Shown here piece by piece: positions 61,201-64,000 of a DNA stretch of 64,000 bases. The stretch is from Planctomycetota bacterium (GTDB taxonomy: Bacteria > Planctomycetota > Brocadiia > JAADGH01). The notes below the pieces were generated by a model. It ran no database searches. It was given only the letters and a program-made list of their open reading frames with translations, and was not told where the DNA came from. The DNA is taken from contig JBFMAD010000004.1 in NCBI GenBank assembly GCA_040755855.1, positions 128,001 to 192,000 on the forward strand. Direction: 5' to 3'. Within the stretch, counting starts at the first letter, position 1; each line of letters opens with the position of its first letter. Both the position numbers and the translations under genes were made by a program.

Positions 61201-64000
61201 CATAAGGGTCGCCGACGATCGAGGTCGCGTCGATGTCTCGGGTATAGGTGAGCTGGGCCGTGGTCGCAGCGTCGGCGGCCAGCATGGCGTTTACGTTGCG
61301 CTGGTAGCCCTGCAATGTCCCCGTGCTTCCGACGTTTCTGCCTATGACGACATTGCCGAACATCCCCGGGGCCACGCCGCTCGCGCCGACCTGGACCAGG
61401 CCGTCAAACTCGCCGAGGACGACGATCGGCCCCGCTGTCGAGGCGTCGCCTTGCACGACGATTGACTGCCCGGCCAGCAGGTCGCCGCCGACATAGATCG
61501 CGGTAACGACAGGCGTCGTTACATCCCCCGCGATGGCCACGTTGCCCAGCAGGTCGTCGCCGATGCGCAGACCGCCGGACAGGTCTCCGCCTATGGTCAG
61601 GTCGGTCAGGTCGCCGCCGATTTGCAGGGGGCCGGCCACGTTGCCGACGGTCATGGTGACGAGGCTGCCGCCGATCTGCAGAGAGCCGGTCAGGTCCCCG
61701 CCCATGTTTATGGTGTTCACATCGCCGCCGATTACCACCGGGCCGGTCACATTGCCGACGGTCATGGTGGTCAGGTCGTCGCCAATCTGCAGGCTGCCGG
61801 TCAAGTTGCTGCCAATGGCCATGTTGTTCACATCGCCGCCGATTTGCAGGACGCCGGCCATGTCGCCGGCGCCGGTTGTCATATTGGCCAGGTCGCCGGT
61901 TGTCGTGACACTGCCGGTATTCAGCACGCCGCCCGCGCCCGTGTCTATCGTGCCGATCACTCGATTCGCGGTGATGCTGCCGCCCAGCCCCGCAGCGCCG
62001 GTGATCGTAAAGTTGTTGAGGGCCGTCGTCACGCTCAGCGTGTCGCCGGCGTCGAAGTTGGTCATTGTGGCTGCGCCCTCGATGGACCTGCCCACGGTTG
62101 TCGTCGTGATGTTGGGGACAGAGAGGTCGTTCAGCGTGATGTTGGTGGTCGTTAGGGACGTTGCCGCCTGGGCGAGCGTGAGATTAGCCCTCGCCTGGGC
62201 CGCCGGATTGCCGCCCTCCTGGCCCGCCGCGCCGCCGATCTCCAGGTCGCCTTGGTCTCCCGCGCCGCCAAGTCCCACGATCTGGACGGTCTTCGTGCTC
62301 GCGCCTTCGTAGTAGGTGAACGTGGAGTCGCCCGCCATGACGTTTCTGAGTATCGTGCCGCCGCTTGAAGCGTCAATGATCCCGTCAATGTCAATCAAGC
62401 CGCTGCCGAGTGTGCCCGTCACGGCCTGGATAGTGGACTGGAGGTTGCCCGTCGCGTGGATCGTCCCTGCGATGTTTACAGTTGCGATGATGTCCCCGCC
62501 GATGTTTCCCGAAACATTCACCGGCCCGGTGAGGCTGCCGCCCACCGACAGATCGCCGTTCATGCTGCCCGAGCTGATGAGGCTGTTGAAATCGCCGGTG
62601 GTGGTGATTGATCCTGTTCCGGCCACCCCGGCGACGGCCGTCACCGTCCCGCTTATCGTGGGCGCCGAGACCGCGCCGCCGAGGGCGCCGGCGCTGATCG
62701 TCAAGTTTGCCAGGTTGCCGCTCACCGTCAGTGTGCCGCCAGCGCCGAGGCCCGTCATCGTCCACTGCGATTCGACGGCGCCGGTGATGTTGGTGGCGCC
62801 GATAGTCCCCACGTTGGCGGTGTTGAAGTTGATGTCGGTCGTGTCCAGGCTTGTGGCGTTTGTATAGAGGTCCAGGTTGACTCGGGCCTCGTTCGTCGCC
62901 ACGCCCCCCTCCTGCCCCGCCAGTCCGCCGATGAGCAAGACGCCCTGCTGCGAACCGACTGCGCCGGCGAGGCCCACCAGGTTGAGGACCTTGTTGTCCG
63001 CGCCCTCGCTATAAGTGAACAGGGTGTCGCCCGCAAGGATCGCTGTTTGGACTCGTCCGCCGTTCGAGGCGTCAATGATGCCGTCAATGTCAATCACGCC
63101 GCCGGCGATTGTCCCCGAAGGGGCGGTGATCGCGGCGCGCAGGTCTCCCGCTGAGTGGATCGTCGCGCCGGCAATGATGCTCCCGCTCGTTCGAATGTTG
63201 CCGAGGATGTCATCGCCCACGTCGAGAGCGCCGGCGAAGTTGTTCTCGAAGGTCATGGGGCCGACGGTCGCCTGTCCCGTGCCTTCTGGGTCTAAGGTAA
63301 GGATGGTTTCTCCCGCAGCCAGCTCGCCGCCGGTCCACAGTTGGATCCAGCCTTCCACGCTGAGGCTGCCAAAGACCTGACCTACGGCATAGATGCGCCC
63401 GGCGGTGGTTACGCCGTTCCCCACCTCGCCCACCGAGATGTTCACATCCGAGTTTGCGGTGGTATTGTAATAGGTGATCGAGAAGATATCCTCGCCCAGG
63501 CCGGAGGGCACTATCGCGAGCTCGATCGAACTGCCCGGATCGCCATTATAGGTCACGGTCACGGGATCCAAGTCGCTGTCCACGAAGTTGTAGACATCTC
63601 CAGGGTTCAGGACAATCTGCTGGCCAATCCCGGCGAAGACCGTGTCCGGATTGTTGTTCTGAACGCCGTCACTGTAGCGGCGATAGAGCAACTGGCCTGC
63701 CGTAACGACGTCCGTAAACAGGAAGGCCGCGGGGTTGTCGTAGCGCGCCTGGAATTTGCCCTGGCTGCCGGGGTCCGTTACCAGGAAGACATTGGGGAGC
63801 ATTCCAAGGCTTGTGCGGATATCGCCATCGTAGGTTCCGAAGACGCGGATGGGCGCGCCCAGCGAGGCATCGCCCAGGACCGAAATATACGCCGACGACG
63901 TCATGTCGCCCTGAATCAGGAACGAGTATCCGCTCGTGCTGGTGATATCTCCCCTCACCATAATCCCGCCGAAGTGCTGGCCGGTAATGATCACCTCGCC
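43280..64000 (-). CDS. Giant (>6900 aa) Gly/Thr/Asn/Ile-rich repetitive beta-solenoid-like extracellular protein (5' end beyond the window)
   Basis: Uninterrupted 20.7-kb frame open to the window edge; recurring G.I.VGG.L.G coils, six F/Y-TDSDGD-x-V-x-V-like modules, three super-repeats. Confidence 0.92.
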   Translation of the reverse strand, partial: GEVIITGQHFGGIMVRGDITSTSGYSFLIQGDMTSSAYISVLGDASLGAPIRVFGTYDGDIRTSLGMLPNVFLVTDPGSQGKFQARYDNPAAFLFTDVVTAGQLLYRRYSDGVQNNNPDTVFAGIGQQIVLNPGDVYNFVDSDLDPVTVTYNGDPGSSIELAIVPSGLGEDIFSITYYNTTANSDVNISVGEVGNGVTTAGRIYAVGQVFGSLSVEGWIQLWTGGELAAGETILTLDPEGTGQATVGPMTFENNFAGALDVGDDILGNIRTSGSIIAGATIHSAGDLRAAITAPSGTIAGGVIDIDGIIDASNGGRVQTAILAGDTLFTYSEGADNKVLNLVGLAGAVGSQQGVLLIGGLAGQEGGVATNEARVNLDLYTNATSLDTTDINFNTANVGTIGATNITGAVESQWTMTGLGAGGTLTVSGNLANLTISAGALGGAVSAPTISGTVTAVAGVAGTGSITTTGDFNSLISSGSMNGDLSVGGSLTGPVNVSGNIGGDIIATVNIAGTIHATGNLQSTIQAVTGTLGSGLIDIDGIIDASSGGTILRNVMAGDSTFTYYEGASTKTVQIVGLGGAGDQGDLEIGGAAGQEGGNPAAQARANLTLAQAATSLTTTNITLNDLSVPNITTTTVGRSIEGAATMTNFDAGDTLSVTTALNNFTITGAAGLGGSITANRVIGTIDTGAGGVLNTGSVTTTGDLANMTTGAGDMAGVLQIGGDVNNMAIGSNLTGSLQIGDDLTTMTVGNVTGPVVIGGDVNTINMGGDLTGSLQIGGSLVTMTVGNVAGPLQIGGDLTDLTIGGDLSGGLRIGDDLLGNVAIAGDVTTPVVTAIYVGGDLLAGQSIVVQGDASTAGPIVVLGEFDGLVQVGASGVAPGMFGNVVIGRNVGSTGTLQGYQRNVNAMLAADAATTAQLTYTRDIDATSIVGDPYVLFGYQGAMLEPGDVFTFTDTTNDGVTVTYSSGPADSVVMLGMTVPDGFGRQDISSILYINADATSNLTITTDDAGNGVTTAGDVTAGGMVFGSFSVEGWINSWTGGELAAGETLQTRDPEGTGQATVGAMSFENNVAGTLSVGTSVMGAITSTGNFTGAINIGGSITAAGSIVASGAGQYLSAGRLTVGGTIFGSVETNIFSGTAFTWNEGGNPVNSVLVQGSGGVLRVDGSLGLSPTTGDEGLVNLTVNAAATGLTANNVDFWNINAPSIDATTINQNVLGTVTLAAFDNPDTFAVTGNLNNLTITGPAGLGGDITAANVTGVITTGAGGLLAAGSVATTADFESLDVGGDMNGTLAVGRDLTGSVSVTGNFNSQITVGRDIATVGAYSIGINGSFAAGASILVTGDASAGARMRFSGEFDGLARVGIGGAGMFGDVVVRTNAGSTGTLRAYADNNLAFLSTDAATAAQLTYTRDSDGTTNNDFNTLFGGLRINIGPGEVYTFTDSDGDTVQVRFFGDIGSSIGINTAPAGIGEDLTEVVYDNANANSRVEIDVTAFGPGSNQMTTSGMVNATGQIFGTFVIEGWIQGWTGGFLAAGESIATNQDGALGDITGVMSLEGDLDGTLTVAGAFAGGGLVLEGAQTGTITVGGVAQNYFDGFLHGGMNLGAGTIDPNPSDTFIVGGQNVRVFWDGVYDVSYSYLTPSAGAPIVTMLYADNHIDSVVSANVDFGSIRVDGRVKAVPGVTYNSGAEVSTGIGIDITNGDLGFLRLQKFDHPDYSIRVGGNLGSVLIVEEMLEGTIQVTGDLTGDIKTAAGQEIRGRITIGGDLSGRIMPGGDTTPGAGEDITGQIVVGGDMTGMIYAYDLGKDVVNGYDKYGVIQYWPLKGSITVGGNVTGGIDIVNTMPDYSFIEATGTIANATFDAGNNLLTGVRIQGLSDVNPLRGRITTNLGALNVGNITFTIGDNATNGTRDFLYNIALVNGGAGVAATGALTLDGRNLASAGWLNESPSLIINGISLADLNAVIGGITYDGAAGVFVSIDNVLLNDFTTAGAGTLTVLNVGALNIAAEALGAGDILNVVNVVHGTINLGANNMGGFIDIANNLVYDRDNGSDGYIVTTGTIANYNGTNTVGIRVNSLAGVGAVGGRIRTAYGDFDALRSFSIGEGGVAIRTFQSIDMGMTQTFDLMLDGRTINPDFALWTLESPTMILTGGSLSMDDWETIRTFATMYDGAGALDGLSISGATFDTWNSATDFTTYNLGNVTFLNTAPVPEGDWMRINNDLWGALNIGNVQTGNYLMAGDIVIGHDLTGSINFMGRFGQYFTGPNRIAGTITIGNNFAEGAEIDYSPGDGRSFLGTVTVAGDWVGVLDINGINTHFYYGATTDASADIRIGGNFGAPTVTGSLVDIEAGVFQTNSWVRGLSVGTDNTGIMYGDLYTHRNFGAGGSINYYFRNFIGTASSANGDAYMAHTARFISDSSNYASLYIYGGGNPEAMQGQILALNGGNMYVATQVYNGGMSDQGEVRILNVSGWSRDNITYGMFNGQIQVQGPMAGVLAVGDGYTGVTGPPAEAFATFGRDFRLYGVTDFSGVIRSFGQGTWSGGEWQGVPNFGDIDITGNMSGQVLGYYVVDVEVDGAFSGEIDAYASWRGGALRIAGANTGTIRGSGQDLAYYSGTLTSGSPTLTLNTTGGGILTMTRNTTDVPYSYLYSGTGNTIEMLRVEGGNAIQTVLGTGVTLNSFWSENVINGGADPRIDLDDDPLNNLDTGLHSVRLANFTTGRIEVEGALGQFVIPGSATLSGTIATTAGSVTTAGDPDMTGVLFVNGNASFEATFVMNLAGDIRENAGFYGNSWNVARLETGGQVNIGGNMNGILVFPEYINGDINITGNMGAIAQIMTNRTNGQLGGSIDIGGNMAGNVYIGTNVAHTNADLEGTFHVGGSMIGNAALRIYGDEGIKGTIAIDGNMQDNALIYTYDSAADLTGTVTIGSIQNNAYIFINDDLTGLGQITVTGDITGTRAAGAIDINGEINSMAPYSISVGGRLAAGSYIDIRENAELGAEIRLLGEFDGRVYVGSGGAGFTGRFGNVTVAPNPGSTGTLRARNDNDAATLTSDSFTAGLLTYTRDIDAVTNNDPNTLFGIVPPPLVVLNPGDSITYFDSDGDQVRVDYAGPVGSTVTLNFLTGGWADVDTVTYAGADATSNLSFTIVTQVGNGATTAGDVFAAGQVFGSFTVEGWIESWTGGQLVAGETISTLPGGIFGDVGAMSLEGDLAGSLITGDDLTGWITVGGVINNNTIDIGGVIQGLSGGGFSVTLPAGNPSYSYRESGVNKTVAATNLVGGTFALTVGGAAGQEGGFLTNAGRANLNLGAGTADALASTGVTMFDVTAQTITTTNAPGIEGTLTLATFGATDTLNLTGNLGSMTIGAGNMAGQITVGGNLTGQIAIPGAITTAGAYSISVGGNVTATGGIQAVGSAAAGAELRFLGEMDGLIRVGSGGAGTFGNVTIATNPGSTGTMRAFARNMLARLTTDSATANQLTYIRDTDAQTSNNPLLLFGADNVQVINPGGSYNFTDSDGDSVTVTYAAGSTGQVTLELVSIGLGQDIFTTTYAGATAASNLDISVTAVVGNGITTAGQVTATGQVFGTFTIDGSVGSWIGGQLVEGERLYTSDDVGSMSLEGAITGILEIGGDLNGAMAFQAAGFLGGGMIIHGSVSPTATITIGGVAQTYYGNLLHGGRNVNGTPENPNPSDTTTLGASTLRVFWDGVYDVNYGFLTPNNSTVSMFYADNHLDSVVSSGLSFTSMRIDGRVKAVSDIIKDSGSEVSTGRGIDIAGGSLNYLRLYRFDHPDYTIQVDGNIGTIRIVDKMLEGTIRTINGGDLTGDIITAAGQEIRGRIEINGDIMAGARIMPGGDTTMNSGEDISGQIVVGGAMNGSIYAYDLGKDVANGEDKYGNPQVWALKGGITVGGAITGLIDITNTMMDYSFIQAGGTIADYTGPVGIRIQGLGGGALPGRITFAMNTLDLATNFTWGVDGVGGTRTLNYAGGGLPVTASMTLDGRNIGGGWAIESPSLTITASIALADLNTILNAVTYNGVTHSALTPLASVASATIGVFDATNPRILNVGNLTITDVAGIAAGERLTVVNDVWGWINVGTMNGFIDIGGNLVYDRDNGSDGYIGTPGGTIINYDGTNTRGIRVNSLGAAGRMGGRIWATYGNLDAVRSFSIGEGGAAIRTFATADLNLTHTFALMLDGRTVNPDFVASWSLESPTLIRTGGALTLAEWETIRTSAGTTYRGVAAANGLSLSASGYNFAAYTNFTTYNLGDLGLTNAAVIGAANTMTINNDLWGALNIGDAATANTLLDGDIYIGADLMGSINFRGAFGINGLLDIRGSFAEGAEIDYTIGGSPQYYYGDIAIQGDWLGVLDMNGTDVRLADTGGNSWDINIYGNFGSPTVHGTLIDIENAYFRTQDNNRGLRIGTDSSGIMYGDVWGRTNVGTDRGYFNWYSGSWIGTAASGNGDAYMAHTSRWIADQYHDNRLSIYGGGNPNAMQGQIISRAINDYPFPFGDNSYLYVYNGGMSDQGEIRSFGTRRSTWSFNRDQIGLGSFRGSYTINGLMAGAIVAGDGYGDDALATFGSNFSVSIQDSGPTQGNFTGVIRSLGRGVYDANGEFQGVMNHGDITIAGTTVSGQILGYFVVDTEIFDAASNFTGRIEAFDSFRGGALWLNGANNGVIRAGGQDMTYVRGTIAAGATLNLAFGGGTLDVTADPGNAGATTYSYVYSGSGERVQALRFEDGARDIASIVGSGVILESIQIEGNLDNNGAAGSITLSDNAANGLDSGLRSLRVNIFEGGDTIYVEGEFGQFIINTATANGFVGDVTTTPGPVADSGADLTGVIFMRATQNYAAASDFDFGGDIRQQAGFWSYAWWNSGFNSNLRVRGDHRGVLVFPNHMDGNIVIDGDMRVGAWFQTQRTPDSHVNGNITIGGDMAGYLYIGDGTDDTTADLAGDITIGGDLAGYLNIYGDIGITATGSITVGGQLTGQDRYIYLRDAVADVVGSISIAGGIGTTAYIYIPDDVIGTITIGGSITSRRTAGVIDIGGDILTPVGPGAYSISVNNMSPGASIIADGNASAGAEMRINGDFDGLIQIGNAAAEMFGNVFVAPNPSSTGTLRAYDDNNAATLTSDVATKSQLTYWRQSDGTINNDYNTLFGPGAGTVLNPGDPAFSYTDSDGDTVEVTYAAGGAGTVTLYFVAAGLGQDLVDIVYAGATSDSELMIQITAAVGNGITTAGNVHADGQTFGTFQVQGWLESWTGGILAAGETLSTDYFNANGDVTGILSLEELGGTLNVGGVVTGGLVDIQGNTLAGSTIVTAANGFYDSGLLIGGAQNVTIVIGGVGYSYAGGQLHGGRNITGTAEDPNPFDVVNISGNNVYVFWDGVRDVGYGIIYNGATVASAYVSDDIDSFVASNLNFQSIRIDGRVKANPDIVVGDGTISNTGVGLDITNGNVNFLRLDQFDHPDYTVRIDGDLGEVRITSGMLEGTIRTINGGNLTGEIWTAAGQEIRGRIEIDGDITASGAIMPGGTTAPISGEDITGQIVVNGNMAGAIYAYDLGKDVANGYDKLGNPQVWPLKGSITVGGAINGLIDITNTMMDYSFIQAGGTIADYTGAAGIRIQGLGGGALPGRITLAMNPLNVATTFTWGVDGVGGTRTFNYAGGGPAVAASVTLDGRNIGGGWALESPSLTISAPVTLGELNTILNAVTYAGATHGALTPLASVAGATINTFDATNPIILNVGNLTITDPIGAGETLTIANDVWGTINLGANAMNGLIDVGGNLVYDVDNGSDGWIYSTGRIANFTGAAGVRVQGLGGTGVMGGRITTALNQPALTAANTFIIGDDAAAGTRIFTTPIVSGLAGLPEFRLTLDGRFYNAGDSWAYESPTLELYAGSITGPNWETIRTSGITYDGQNAAGGLSLAGTQLNPVQFPALASNITMYNLGGYVRITGNPAIPNGVTVNILNTLWGDLTVGTYGNGNVAVAGGGTIAIGKDLTGDINLVARMLIGDANERSTISIGRNFTEGAEIDYTPYNNNDFQGDITVLGDWVGLFDVNGQNTDVYRRDYTGAEPATRRGSSFLINGNFGAPTVTTSLFDIADGRVMLESTTGLAGMRIGYDGTGIMYGDVFIHAPRNDGGTGSYYNTPLYIGRDGVTLAGQAYMDHTARLICERFEYAAFYIYGAYYADAFQGQILGATRNTSVDVSGIGLANTIYVYGGSTDQAEIRSLRAPYRDNYGWTPFIQGGMNAGITFRNTFRGAIAVGDGYDTNEWPASEPYPEETYANFGRTSSMNFAEGGMTGIIRSFGRDHEVVGVPQGSFQYCEIDVGSSGNLTGLILGYYIPDIEMDGGFTGRIEAFKEFRGGGVRITGVNTGTIRADNTDLTYAQGTLAAGATWNQAFGNGALSVTADPANGGAMTYSYLYAGTGEIIEALRFDDAARNISSVIGSGITMNSLFAEGRLVSGTGFIDLDDDPADGLDSALHSVRLRFFNGGGTERIEVEGELGQVVIVDGVYNGSITTTVGPVGASADLIGVIHNRAGFNFAGGIVDIAGSVRENAGLLAYYEMQNSFTFNVGGDMNGIIVCYRQNAATINIAGNVNNRGTIRTFETTPNIAVNMWVGGNFGGYMQAGDSETADICAISGTITIDGQFTNTARIYAMGTLGITGTITVGDGAVGIQNGGIIRTYRGPLSGSITVNGDILGGGEAIRVGTGNYDGANITATGSITVNGNLFGAILVDGRQAVTMYGIEPGGSITVNGSVGTNPGVSDGYIFLRSANSILAGTITVTGNIEDNAFIKIENDVTSIAGTGAINVLGDIASTRNDATYEGAIDIDGAMSGTLDITGSLLTRVNIDGNADAGNEIQIRTHLSGILLANLFGDVRIWGNFMATGQITANNPGVGNTLTVDGAESGTVTPANAFQFYV

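Overview
GC-rich bacterial chromosomal segment. The gene content (DUF1080 x2, PQQ-like propeller, GxxExxY, UroD-like x2, creatininase-like x2, heparinase-like, a giant Gly/Thr/Asn-rich protein) suggests a PVC/Planctomycetota-like glycan degrader; this is inference only. Left to right: a partial LptF/LptG-family permease with a large coiled-coil insertion (missing from the ORF track); a MacB-type ABC exporter preceded by three different periplasmic adaptors; carbohydrate-active and housekeeping genes; a GxxExxY gene enclosed by a perfect 28-bp inverted repeat; an HTH-fused orphan DNA methyltransferase; a NucC-like (DUF6602) nuclease next to an MntA/HepT pair; a rearranged STAS-rnpA-yidD operon; and the C-terminal >6900 aa of a giant repetitive beta-solenoid-like protein built from three mosaic super-repeats. 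Several unrelated families of short palindromic or periodic intergenic repeats are present. I saw no rRNA, tRNA, CRISPR array, transposase or integrase. All family calls come from motif recognition by eye, not database searches.
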